Of a stretch of 64,000 nt of DNA, positions 26,284 to 38,003 are shown piece by piece. How positions within the stretch are numbered: the first letter of the stretch is position 1; the number at the start of each line of letters is the position of its first letter. This DNA comes from Octopus bimaculoides (lineage: Eukaryota): the NCBI RefSeq assembly GCF_001194135.2, contig NC_069007.1, positions 21,080,604 to 21,144,603 on the forward strand, in the 5' to 3' direction. The notes under the pieces are model-generated. The model was not told the origin of the DNA. It saw only the letters and a list, made by a program, of their open reading frames with translations, and made no database searches. The position numbers and the translations under genes were made by a program.

Positions 26284-27075
26284 ATGTCAGAAGAACTAGG
26301 AAAATCCTCATATGACTGTGACATCTGCAAAGACTCATTCTTAGAAGAAAGTAAATTCAATCAACACAAACAAATTCATACAGGGGAGAAACCATATCAC
26401 TGTGATATCTGTGGTAAATCATTCAGTCGAAAAGGTAGCTTAGCTACTCACAAACAGCTTCATACAGGGAAGAAACCATATAGCTGTGATATCTGTGGTA
26501 AATCATTCTCTAATGACGGTCACTTAACTCAACACAAACGTATTCATACAGGAGAAAGACCTTATCCCTGTGATATCTGTGGTAAATCATTCTCTGATGG
26601 CAGTAACTTCATTCGACACAAACGTATTCATACGGGGGAGAAACCTTATAACTGTAGTATCTGTGGTAATTCATTCTCTAGTGACAGTCATTTAACTCGA
26701 CACATACGTATTCATACAGGAGAGAAACCTTATCCCTGCGATATCTGTGGTGAATCATTCTCTGTTGGCAGTAGCTTAAATCGACACAAACGTATCCATA
26801 CAGGGGAGAAACCATATCACTGTGATTTATGTGGTAAATCTTTCTCTGAAAATGGTAGCTTAACTCAACACAAACGTATTCATACGGGGGAGAAACCATA
26901 TCACTGTAGTATCTGTGGTGAGTCATTCTATCACAGAGGTAATTTTACTACTCACTCAAGGATTCACACAGGGGAGAAGCCATATCACTGTGACATCTGT
27001 GATAAATCATTTTCTGTTAGTAGTTGCCTAACTAGACACAAGCGTATTCATGCAGTGGAGAAACCCTCCCTGTGA
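26284..27075 (+). CDS. Z5: C2H2 zinc-finger protein, 263 aa, 9 fingers
   Basis: Uninterrupted ORF; C-terminus shared with Z9. Confidence 0.92.
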   Translation: MSEELGKSSYDCDICKDSFLEESKFNQHKQIHTGEKPYHCDICGKSFSRKGSLATHKQLHTGKKPYSCDICGKSFSNDGHLTQHKRIHTGERPYPCDICGKSFSDGSNFIRHKRIHTGEKPYNCSICGNSFSSDSHLTRHIRIHTGEKPYPCDICGESFSVGSSLNRHKRIHTGEKPYHCDLCGKSFSENGSLTQHKRIHTGEKPYHCSICGESFYHRGNFTTHSRIHTGEKPYHCDICDKSFSVSSCLTRHKRIHAVEKPSL

Positions 27076-27109
27076 TATCAGTGGCAACTCATTCTATCAA
27101 AGAAACTAC

Positions 27110-27390
27110 AGCCTAGAAGATGAGCCTTGTCTTGGAAGATCTGTAGAGCTCAACGAAAATCTCATACAAATCCTGGTGGAACAAAATCCCATCATAACTG
27201 TTGAGGAACTAGGAGAGAAGCTTTAATTTGGTCATTCAACCATTCATGGGACACCTGTGCTACACGGAAAACAACCATCTTTGGTTTCAAGACAAAAGGT
27301 GTCCTTTCATAAGACTAATTCTCAAGTACACAGCAAGGACGACATTCCAAAAGCTGGAGCAGTTTGAATGGGAAACGATGCCCCACCCAA
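27110..27390 (+). mobile_element. Internally deleted mariner transposase relic
   Basis: LEDEPCLGRSVELNENLIQILVEQNPIITVEELGEKL*FGHSTIH followed by ARTTFQKLEQFEWETMPHP, matching mariner HTH and pre-YSPDL regions. Confidence 0.85.
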
Positions 27391-27456
27391 TAATAGTGAT
27401 TTATGAGGAAGAATTATCGAAGAAACGTTTTTCAAAAAATATCAAAAATATAAAAT

Positions 27457-27831
27457 ACAGCCGTAATTCTTTAAAGACTAGAGTTAGTTCCCTTCACTCA
27501 TAATTAAATCTTCCTAATTTTGGTTATTTCTTACGCATCTTTATTGCTTGATCAGTTCCACTTTACAACTGGTATTTAAGAGAAAACCCTATCAAAAATA
27601 TATACACGATTGGTAATTAAATGTCTAAAGAAACAGATACAGCATTTTTTTTTATTACGTTGACCTGAAAAATATGAATTAACGTTTCTTGTGAAAAGGA
27701 AGAAATTCTCTTGAAGTTGTCATTGTCCACTCTGAAGATGCTGAAGTAGTTCTCACTACTTCAACATATGATCACATCTTCCTCGCTGACTCTCTCTCTT
27801 TCTCTCTTCGCATATATATTACTATGTAAGT
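27457..27831 (+). promoter_or_regulatory. Z6 promoter/exon-1 block with GTAAGT donor
   Basis: Family homology; donor 27826-27831. Confidence 0.6.
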
Positions 27832-28892
27832 ATTATATTTATAGAAACATTTCTATTGTATATATGTCATATTTCGTACATTTGCTTATTTCGATGTCAA
27901 TAATCTCACTAAACAAAGACGAAATTATATGAAACTAAGGCTGTTCTTTTAATACTTTCATTGTGACCTTGTTTAGATAACATTTCTCTTTCTTTCTGAC
28001 ATGTAAATTTCACAATTAAGTTAATTGCAGGAAAATTACGATGTAATTTTTGTAAAAAAAAAAAAAAAATGGGGAATGTGTAAAAGTATGCGTGTGCACT
28101 TGAAATACTGAAACGAAAAGACAATATCGTACACAGACGAAATGAATGGGCTTTGAATTGAAACACTTGAAAGTACCTAATTTAACCAAAAATAAATATA
28201 AAAATCCGTTTATTTAATCTTTTACTCGAAAATTCGTAAATATATATTTTAAAAAATATCGACACGACATATAAAACGATGGCTGAGCGTCATTGATTAA
28301 AAACCATCCTCGTTTTTCGTTCAAATGGGTATCGATGTTTATCAATATTACCCACCATGAGCGCATTAACACTGTTTCTTTGTAGCAACCCACGATGTTT
28401 TTAAATAAATCCGGTTATTACGCATGCGTAGGTCTTTTCTATCTGTGCATTAAATAGGCTTTGAAGCAGCCTCTCTACATGCTAGAAATAACAGCAATGA
28501 TGGTGCTAGTCAGTCATCAAATGTTCGTTTCTTTTCTGACTATTCCTCGTGCTTCATGCTCCACAAAATATTGACATTAAGCTGCCCATATCCAAACCTG
28601 TGTTGATACGATAGAAGACTGAGATGAAAACATCAGATATCTAGTGTCACTGACATGTATTTTGGTGTGTGTGTGTGTGTCTAGGAGTTGTTATAATAAT
28701 ACATGTGTTCACTCTATGATATAAACTTCTTTAAAATGGTGAGATTGGATAAGTTTAATGCTTCTACAATTTAGCAAAATAGAAGTGTCATAAATTTGCA
28801 CTTGTCTTATCTTATTTTTCTATTCTTTCAGAAAATCACATAAAATTGGCAAAAAAGTATTTTTTACTTTTAAAGAATCACCAATATGTATC

Positions 28893-28958
28893 ATGTTTGA
28901 AAGACCCTGGAGAGATATTCTACAAACGTATAACCCTGCTTCTATGAAACATGGCTGA
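28893..28958 (+). other. Z6 upstream ORF MFERPWRDILQTYNPASMKHG
   Basis: ATG 28893 to TGA 28958; acceptor AG 28830-28831. Confidence 0.6.
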
Positions 28959-29241
28959 ATTATAGTAAAATATTTCCACTGAGACAAAAAAACATTTCTT
29001 TACATCACTTTATGAAATGTGGAAGAGATAATTTTCTCTTTTTAAATATACCTTGATGACTTTACAAAACTATTTGGAGCATTTCTAAATTTTTGACAAT
29101 TAGCACATTTATAAATATAAAAGTTTGGTATGAAAATGAAAAAAAAGAAAAGTATCCATAAATTTTGGTAAAAGAAGAAATATTTTTGAAAGGCTCCTGA
29201 TTGGTAAAAAATGAAGGATTGATTTTATTTTTCCAGAAAAG

Positions 29242-30195
29242 ATGTCGAAAGAAGCTGCAAAATCATCATATCACTGTGATATCTGTGGCAAATCATTCTC
29301 TAGTAACGCTAGATTAACTAGACACAAATGTATTCATACAGGAGAGAGACCATATCAATGTGATATCTGTGGTAAATCATTCATTGAGGGCAGTAACTTA
29401 ACTAGACACAAACGTATTCATACAGGTGAGGAACCATATCACTGTGATATGTGTGGTAAATCATTCTCTGCTCGCAGTAACTTAACTACACACAAGCGTG
29501 TTCATACGGGGGAGAAACCATATCATTGTAATATCTGTGGTAAATCTTTCTCTGTTGGCAGTAGCTTAAATACACACAGGCGTATTCATACAGGGGAGAA
29601 ACCATGTACCTGCAATATCTGCGGGAAATCTTTTTCTGATGGCAGTAGCTTATATAAACACAGATGCATTCATACTGGGGAGAAACCATTTCACTGTGAT
29701 ATCTGTGGTAAATCATTCTCTGCAGGCAGTAGATTAACTACACACAAACTAACTCATACAGGGGAGAAACCAAATCACTGTGATATCTGTGGTAAATCAT
29801 TCTCTACTGGTAGTAACTTAACTACACACAGACGTATTCATACAGGGAAGAAACCATATCACTGTGATATCTGTGGCAAATCATTTAGTCACACAGGTAA
29901 CTTAGGTACACACAAACGTATTCATACAGGTGAGCAGCCATATCACTGTGATATCTGTGGTAAATCATTCAGTCAGATAGGCAACTTAACTAGACACAAA
30001 CGTACTCATACAGGTGAGCAGCCATATCACTGTGATATCTGTGGTAAATCATTCTCTGAAAAGCGTATTGTAACTATACACAAACGTATTCATACTGGAG
30101 TAAAACCATATCATTGTGATATCTGCAGTAAATTATTCTCACAAAAACATCACTTAATTAAACACAAGTGCATTCGTTATGCAAAGGATCCATAA
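29242..30195 (+). CDS. Z6: C2H2 zinc-finger protein, 317 aa, 10 fingers plus terminal incomplete finger
   Basis: Uninterrupted ORF; close paralog of Z8. Confidence 0.92.
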   Translation: MSKEAAKSSYHCDICGKSFSSNARLTRHKCIHTGERPYQCDICGKSFIEGSNLTRHKRIHTGEEPYHCDMCGKSFSARSNLTTHKRVHTGEKPYHCNICGKSFSVGSSLNTHRRIHTGEKPCTCNICGKSFSDGSSLYKHRCIHTGEKPFHCDICGKSFSAGSRLTTHKLTHTGEKPNHCDICGKSFSTGSNLTTHRRIHTGKKPYHCDICGKSFSHTGNLGTHKRIHTGEQPYHCDICGKSFSQIGNLTRHKRTHTGEQPYHCDICGKSFSEKRIVTIHKRIHTGVKPYHCDICSKLFSQKHHLIKHKCIRYAKDP

Positions 30196-30989
30196 CATAG
30201 TGACATTTGTTGTATAACATTCCTTCAGGAAAACCTCTACACATGATTGAAACTATATGAATGTGATATCTATAGGAAATCTTTCATCTCAGATCATCCA
30301 TTAACTAATCAAAAGAGCATTGTCTGAGGAAGGAAAACACATGAATGATATTAAACCTTAATCATTCTTTCAAAATGGTGAATTAATTCTACAGTCATAT
30401 TAATATGAATGATATAACTATGCCTCAAGATATTTGTGCTGAATCAATCTATGAAAATGATAAATTATTAAAACAGAAATGCATTGATACAGAAGAGGAA
30501 CCATATCACTACGATAATGATGATGATCCTCATCATTTAAAATTCACTTTTCCATTCTTCTGTGGATCAGATGGAATTCATTGATGGGGATTTTCTTCAG
30601 TCGGATGCCTTTCCTGTCACCCATCCTCAACTGTTTCCAAGGAAGGAAATATTTTCCATGGTGAGACATATTTTACACAGAAGACTGGAAATGAAGAATC
30701 GCATCTGTATGACGGTCATTATGGCCATTTACAAGCATCACGTGATATCTGGACAAAAGTACACATACATATGTATGTCTGGAGAATTTCTTAAAGGAAA
30801 TATTTTACATTTCTTATCTACATTTAAATGTTTGTAATTTCTATTAGGAAATGACACGCATGGAATTCTGAATAAATAATATCAAACTTTTCTCACTTTC
30901 CTTATGTAATTATTCTGCAAAAAATATTATTCAAACCTCCCACAGAAATATTACACACATACACACAGACAGAGGTATATATATTAACA

Positions 30990-31680
30990 GGTTCCTACTT
31001 GCAACATTGGCAAAAATTCAGAGAAAGCTGAAGTTCTTAGACAGTGCCGTTTCATTGTATGGGACGAATGCACAATGACCAATAAGGGTGCCCTTGAGGC
31101 ACTGAACCGGTCACTGAAAGGTATCAGGGATTCTACAGCTTCTATGGGTGGTGTAACTCTATTGCTTTCAGGAGATTTCTGGCAAATCCTTCCTGTCACC
31201 CCTAAAGGGAGCCGGGCTGATGATGTACACACATGCCTTAAGTCATCCACGTTGTGGCCCCAAGTTAAGACCTTAAGCCTAAGCAGAAACATGCATGTGC
31301 ACTTGCTTGGTGATAGCACGTCTGCAGTTTTAGCTGAAGACGTTTTAGTCTTTGGAGAAGGCAAGGTCCCTAGGAATGATAGGGGCGACATATCCGTCTC
31401 TGAACTGTGCAACACAGTGGACAACCCTTCTGATCTTTTGGAAACAGTGTTCCCCATTCTGGAAAGTAACTATGGAGACATCAATTGGCTCAGTGAAAGA
31501 ACCATCCTGGCCCCCAAAAACGTAGCTGTCAGTGCTATCAACAACCAGCTCATAAGATGAATTCTGGGTGAGGAGCGCATCTACAAATCAATTGACCGGA
31601 CCTCTGATCCCCAAGACATTGTCAATTACCCTATCGACTTTTTAAACTCATTGGAACCGTCTGGGGTGTTCCATTCAATC
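30990..31680 (+). mobile_element. Helitron PIF1-type helicase fragment
   Basis: FIVWDECTM..MGGVTLLLSGDFWQILPV..ILAPKN..YPIDFLNSLEPSG; in-frame stop at 31558-31560. Confidence 0.9.
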
Positions 31681-32744
31681 AGGATAAAAAAACTGATAAA
31701 CCAATTCATTATACGATTTCCCACTAGAATTGGCTACACCCCATTTTCATGCAAACCTTTTATCAATTTTGACATATTTTGCTCNNNNNNNNNNNNNNNN
31801 NNNNNNNNNNNNNNNNNNNNNNNNNNNNNNNNNNNNNNNNNNNNNNNNNNNNNNNNNNNNNNNNNNNNNNNNNNNNNNNNNNNNNNNNNNNNNNNNNNNN
31901 NNNNNNNNNNNNNNNNNNNNNNNNNNNNNNNNNNNNNNNNNNNNNNNNNNNNNNNNNNNNNNNNNNNNNNNNNNNNNNNNNNNNNNNNNNNNNNNNNNNN
32001 NNNNNNNNNNNNNNNNNNNNNNNNNNNNNNNNNNNNNNNNNNNNNNNNNNNNNNNNNNNNNNNNNNNNNNNNNNNNNNNNNNNNNNNNNNNNNNNNNNNN
32101 NNNNNNNNNNNNNNNNNNNNNNNNNNNNNNNNNNNNNNNNNNNNNNNNNNNNNNNNNNNNNNNNNNNNNNNNNNNNNNNNNNNNNNNNNNNNNNNNNNNN
32201 NNNNNNNNNNNNNNNNNNNNNNNNNNNNNNNNNNNNNNNNNNNNNNNNNNNNNNNNNNNNNNNNNNNNNNNNNNNNNNNNNNNNNNNNNNNNNNNNNNNN
32301 NNNNNNNNNNNNNNNNNNNNNNNNNNNNNNNNNNNNNNNNNNNNNNNNNNNNNNNNNNNNNNNNNNNNNNNNNNNNNNNNNNNNNNNNNNNNNNNNNNNN
32401 NNNNNNNNNNNNNNNNNNNNNNNNNNNNNNNNNNNNNNNNTTTCATTGTTTTTTTCTTCTTGTTTTTGCCTTTGTGAGTTACAAGTGATGCTATCTGTGG
32501 GATTCTCAGCTTTTTTAGCTGCAATTTCTGAACTTCGATATATGGTGAAGCAAATATTTGCTGATCCCTTAATTATATTTATAAATATATATGAGCTTTT
32601 AAATAAGTTCTCCACCAATAATGGTGCTTTCATACCGATGGGCTTGGTAAAAATTGTTAATTGTTAATTGATTTATTAATTAATAAATTGATAATCTTTT
32701 ACCCTTTTAATTTGTACATATATATATATATATATATATAAAGT

Positions 32745-33067
32745 ACAGCCGCAATTATTTAAAGACTAGAGTTAGTTGCCCTTGTTTATAGTTGACTCTT
32801 CTTACATTTTATTTCTTGCTCTTGTCTCTTACGCATCTTAATTGCTTGATCAGTTCCACTTGGCAACTGATATTGAAGAGAAAACCCAATCAAAAATATA
32901 TACACGATTGGTAATTAACTGTCTACAGAAACAGTTACAGCATTTATTACAATATGGACTTGAAAAACATAAAGTAACGTTTATAGCCAAAAGGAAGAAT
33001 TCTCTTGAAGCTGTCAGTGTCCACTCTGACTCCTTGACTCTCTCTCTCTATATATTATTATGTAAGT
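32745..33067 (+). promoter_or_regulatory. Z7 promoter/exon-1 block with GTAAGT donor
   Basis: Family homology; donor 33062-33067. Confidence 0.6.
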
Positions 33068-34024
33068 ATTAAATAAGCATTTTTATTGTATAAGTGTCGT
33101 ATTATGTACTTCTGTTTGTTTCCATGTGTTGAATAAGTTAAAAGAAAGAATCTCACGAAACAAACACGAAATTATATGAAAGTAAGGCTGTTCTTTTAAT
33201 ACTTTCATTGTGATATTTTCTTTTCGATATTTCATCGCACTTGTGGTTATTTACTATGTTTGTTAATGTTAGATTAATACCTTGTTTAAATAACATTTCT
33301 CTTTCTTTTTGACATGTAAATTTGACAATTTAGTTAAATGCGGAAAAATTACGATGTAATTTGTCAGAAACAATGGGGAATGTGTAAAAGTACGAGTGTG
33401 CACTTGAAATACTGAAACGAAAAGGCACTATCCGTATACAGACGAAATGAATCGGCTTTGAATCGAAACGCTAGAAAGTACCTAATTTGACCAAAATTAA
33501 ATATAATAATCCGTTTATATAATCTTTTATTCGAAAATTACGAGGTGAAGATATAAAAAGAATATCGACACGACATATAAAATGATGGCTGATTGCTATT
33601 GTTTAAAAACTATCGCGTTGTGAAATTTAGTTTACTCGAATCAGTCACTAAGAACTCAGTTTTCGTGCTTGAAGGATCATTAACATTTTTATGTCCATTA
33701 AAGTATATGGGGCGATCTTTCGTTTTGATTTGGTTGGGGACGAGGAAAACGTGTGTGATTTAAGGGAGATTTAGCTATTGTTTCTAGCACGCGCAAGACC
33801 ACAGTCGTTTTTCTCTCAAATATGTATTGATGTGCTTACATTGTAACTGCCAAAATCTCCCCACAAATCTCTTTATAATCGTTTGTAAGGTATTACTAGA
33901 AAAGATATTCGTTTTCCTGAAGTTTACGAGGGGAAAAACGGATCGTAAATTTGCACTTTTGAATATCTACCTTTTAAACATATTTTATGCCTTATATTAT
34001 TTTTCTATTCTTTCAGATAATCAC

Positions 34025-34144
34025 ATGAAATTGGCAAAAGAGTATTTTTTTACTTTTAAAGAATCACCAATATGTATCATGTTCGAAAGACTCTGCAAAG
34101 ATATTCTACAAACGTATAACCCTGCTTCTATAAAACGTTGCTGA
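34025..34144 (+). other. Z7 upstream ORF MKLAKEYFFTFKESPICI-MFERLCKDILQTYNPASIKRC
   Basis: ATGs at 34025 and 34079 are in frame to TGA 34144; acceptor AG 34015-34016. Confidence 0.6.
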
Positions 34145-34519
34145 ATTACTGTGAAATATTTCCTCTGAGAGAGAAAGCATTTCTTTCCTTTAGTGTCTGA
34201 AATGTGCAAGAGACAATTTTCTCTTCTAAATATTGACAAACATCACATTTAGAAGAAATATAAGAGAAGTGATATATGTTTGGAATAATCTGTAAAAGAA
34301 GAAAAATAGCCATATATTTTGCTGAGAGNNNNNNNNNNNNNNNNNNNNNNNNNNNNNNNNNNNNNNNNNNNNNNNNNNNNNNNNNNNNNNNNNNNNNNNN
34401 NNNNNNNNNNNNNNNNNNNNNNNNNNNNNNNNNNNNNNNNNNNNNNNNNNNNNNNNNNNNNNNNNNNNNNNNNNNNGATGTGTACAACTTGAAGGATTGA
34501 TTTTATTTTTCTTGAAAAG

Positions 34520-35893
34520 ATGTCAGAAGAATTAGGAAAATCCTCACATGACTGTGACATCTGCAAAGAGTCATTCTTAGGAGAAAGTAAATTCAATCAA
34601 CACAAACAAATTCATACAGGGGAGCAACCATATCACTGTAGTATCTGTGGTAAATCATTCTCAAATGACAGTCACTTAACTCGACACATATGTATTCATA
34701 CTGGAGAGAAACCTTATCCCTGTGATATCTGTGGTAAATCATTGTCTGACAGGAATAGCTTAACTCAACACAAACGTATTCATACAGGGGAGAAACCATA
34801 TCACTGTGAAGTCTGTGGTAAATCATTGTCTGACAGGAGTAGCTTCGCTCGACACAAACGCATTCATACGGGGGAGAAACCATATCACTGTGATATCTGT
34901 GGTAAATCATTCTCAAATGATGGTCACTTAACTCAACACAAACGTATTCATACAGGAGAAAGACCTTATCCTTGTGATATCTGCGGTGAATCATTCTCTG
35001 TTAGCAGTAGCTTAATTCGGCACAAACGCATTCATACAGGAGAAAAACCATATCCTTGTGATATATGTGGTAAATCTTTCCCTGAAAACTGTAGCTTAAC
35101 TCAACACAAACGTATTCATACGGGGGAGAAACCATATCATTGTAGTATCTGCGGTACTTCATTCTCCAATGACAGTCATTTAACTCGACACATACGTATT
35201 CATACAGGAGAGAAACCTTTTCCCTGTGATATCTGTGGTGAATCATTCTCTGTTGGCAGTAGCTTAACTCGACATAAACGTATCCATACAGGGGAGAAAC
35301 CATATCATTGTGACATTTGTGGTAAATCTTTCACTGAAAACAGTGGCTTAACTAAACATAAACGTATTCATACTGGGGAGAAACCATATCAGTGTGATAT
35401 CTGTGGTGAATCATTCTCTCGTACTTATAGCTTAGATATTCACAAACGTATGCATACAGGAGACAAAAAATACCACTGTGATGTCTGTGGTAAGTCATTC
35501 TCTGCTGGCAGTAGATTAACTACACACAAACTAATTCATATAGGGGAGAAACCATATCACTGTGATATATGTGGCAAATCATTCAGTCAGACAGGTAACT
35601 TAACTAGACACAAACGTATTCATACAGGTGAGCAACCGTTTCACTGTGATATCTGTGGTAAATCATTCAGTCAGACAGGCAACCTAACTACACACAAACG
35701 TACTCATACAGGTGAGCAACCATATCACTGTGATATCTGTGGCAAATCATTCTCTGAAAAGGGTATCTTAACTACACACAAACTTATTCATACTGGAGTA
35801 AAACCATATCATTGTGATATCTGCAATAAATCATTCTCACAAAAACATCACTTAATTAAACACAAGTGCATTCCTTATTCAAAGGATCCATAA
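34520..35893 (+). CDS. Z7: C2H2 zinc-finger protein, 457 aa, 15 fingers plus terminal incomplete finger
   Basis: Uninterrupted ORF; N-half Z5/Z9-like, C-half Z6/Z8-like. Confidence 0.93.
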   Translation: MSEELGKSSHDCDICKESFLGESKFNQHKQIHTGEQPYHCSICGKSFSNDSHLTRHICIHTGEKPYPCDICGKSLSDRNSLTQHKRIHTGEKPYHCEVCGKSLSDRSSFARHKRIHTGEKPYHCDICGKSFSNDGHLTQHKRIHTGERPYPCDICGESFSVSSSLIRHKRIHTGEKPYPCDICGKSFPENCSLTQHKRIHTGEKPYHCSICGTSFSNDSHLTRHIRIHTGEKPFPCDICGESFSVGSSLTRHKRIHTGEKPYHCDICGKSFTENSGLTKHKRIHTGEKPYQCDICGESFSRTYSLDIHKRMHTGDKKYHCDVCGKSFSAGSRLTTHKLIHIGEKPYHCDICGKSFSQTGNLTRHKRIHTGEQPFHCDICGKSFSQTGNLTTHKRTHTGEQPYHCDICGKSFSEKGILTTHKLIHTGVKPYHCDICNKSFSQKHHLIKHKCIPYSKDP

Positions 35894-36252
35894 GTACAGT
35901 GACATTTGTTGTATAAAATTCCCTCAGAAGGATAGGCTTGTACCTCTCCTGTTTCCAAGCAAGGAAATAATTTTCACAGCAAGACATATTTTACACAGAA
36001 GACTGGAAATGAATAACTGCATCTGTATGACGGTCATTATGGCCATTTACAAGCATCACATGATATCTGGACAATGGTACACTCACAGACACTGATGCAC
36101 ACATATGTATGTCTTGAGAATTTTACTTGTTTTATGTACATGTAAATGAAACACATGTAATGCTGAATAAATAATATGAAAGTCTTCTCCAGTCTCCTTA
36201 TGTTATACGTAATTACTCTGCAAAAAATATCCAAATCTCCCACAAAAATAAA

Positions 36253-36309
<57 letters not shown>

Positions 36310-36724
36310 NNNNNNNNNNNNNNNNNNNNNNNNNNNNNNNNNNNNNNNNNNNNNNNNNNNNNNNNNNNNNNNNNNNNNNNNNNNNNNNNNNNNNNNNNNN
36401 NNNNNNNNNNNNNNNNNNNNNNNNNNNNNNNNNNNNNNNNNNNNNNNNNNNNNNNNNNNNNNNNNNNNNNNNNNNNNNNNNNNNNNNNNNNNNNNNNNNN
36501 NNNNNNNNNNNNNNNNNNNNNNNNNNNNNNNNNNNNNNNNNNNNNNNNNNNNNNNNNNNNNNNNNNNNNNNNNNNNNNNNNNNNNNNNNNNNNNNNNNNN
36601 NNNNNNNNNNNNNNNNNNNNNNNNNNNNNNNNNNNNNNNNNNNNNNNNNNTATATATTTAGATTCAGGGGAATATGGTACTTAAGTTTAGGCAACAGAAT
36701 TTAGTATTGGTATGATCCATACAA

Positions 36725-37219
36725 TTTCAAAGTGATTAAAATCAAAATAAGCAACAAGGATATCCAGAAGTAATGCAGTACGATCATTTCATGAAACTCC
36801 ATTTAATTGAACAATGCAACCATTACATCAATTTAAAATGCAGAGCAATCCTCAGCTGCACAAAGACATAGAATTTAATTAAATTAGAACAGATGAACAC
36901 ATTAGTATAATACCTAAAATCTCCAAGAAGTTTGGGAGACAGACAGATAACATCTTGCTTTAGCCACACCATGAAAGCTAAAGCAAGATGTTCTCTGTCT
37001 GTCTCCCTAACCTCTGGGAGATTTTAGGTATTATTATACTAATGTGACCATCTGTTCTAATTTAATTAAATTCTATGTCTTTGTGCAGCTGAGGATTGCT
37101 CTGCATTTTAAATTGATGTAATGATTACATTGTTCAATTAAATGGAGTTGCATGAAACGATTGTACTGCATTACATCTGGATATCCTCGTTGCTTATTTT
37201 GATTTTAATCACTTTGAAA
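36725..37219. repeat. ~495-bp foldback palindrome (arms ~240 bp, 12-nt loop)
   Basis: 36725-36964 is the reverse complement of 36977-37219 with scattered mismatches; loop CACACCATGAAA. Confidence 0.9.
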
Positions 37220-37414
37220 GCTATAGAGCACTGAACAGTGAGAAGATATAATAAAAAGAGAAAAAAGACGGCGCCTATTGTGTTGTGAGGAATTGGATGT
37301 AGGCGGATGCCAATTATATTTAAAGAAAGCTAAATCTATGAATGCTATAAAAAATCAAATAACCATCTTTTTCTTAAATAGGTCCTCTTAATTTTTTCAT
37401 TAATAATAAACTAA

Positions 37415-37640
37415 GGTGGCTGTCTGGCAGGATCGTTAGCATATTGAGCAAAGTGCCTAGCTGGGTTCTTCTGACATCACTTGTGCCTTTAAATTCTGCC
37501 AAAATGGCCTTTATCTTTCATTCAGAGGTGGGGGGGGGTGATGCAAATAAGCACCAGTTGAGCACTGGAGTTGACATAATCAATTCAACACTGCCCATGG
37601 AATTGCTGGCCTTGTGCCAATATTTGAAAACAATATTAAT
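37415..37640 (+). mobile_element. Old tRNA-derived SINE, duplicated with the gene unit
   Basis: Diverged head GGTGGCTGTCTGGCAGGATCGTTAGC; same copy in the same flanks at about 44514-44710. Confidence 0.6.
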
Positions 37641-37704
37641 TCCAGTCTCTTATCTTCTCTCTTGCCCGGTGGAAATGCCATGACCATGTTGGCTTGTTCC
37701 TGGA

Positions 37705-38003
37705 GATTAGTTCCCCTTGCTCATAGTTCATTCTTCCGAATTCTGTTTATTTCTTGCTCTCGTTTCTTACGCATCTTAATTGCTTGATCAGTTCCACTTT
37801 ACAACTGATATTTAAGAGAAACCCAATCAGAAATATGTACATGTTTGGTAATTAACTGTCTAAAGAAACAGATACAGCATTTTTTATTACGTTGACCTGA
37901 AAAATTTGAAGTAACGTTTGTTGTGAAAAGGAAGAAATTCAGTTGAAGCTGTCATTGTCCACTCTGACTCCTTGACTCTCTCTCTATATATTATTATGTA
38001 AGT
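37705..38003 (+). promoter_or_regulatory. Z8 promoter/exon-1 block with GTAAGT donor
   Basis: Family homology; donor 37998-38003. Confidence 0.6.

Noticed and set aside
31075-31560. Host PIF1 helicase gene
   Set aside because: Fragment lacks Walker A, has an in-frame stop and no exon structure; a Helitron origin fits better.
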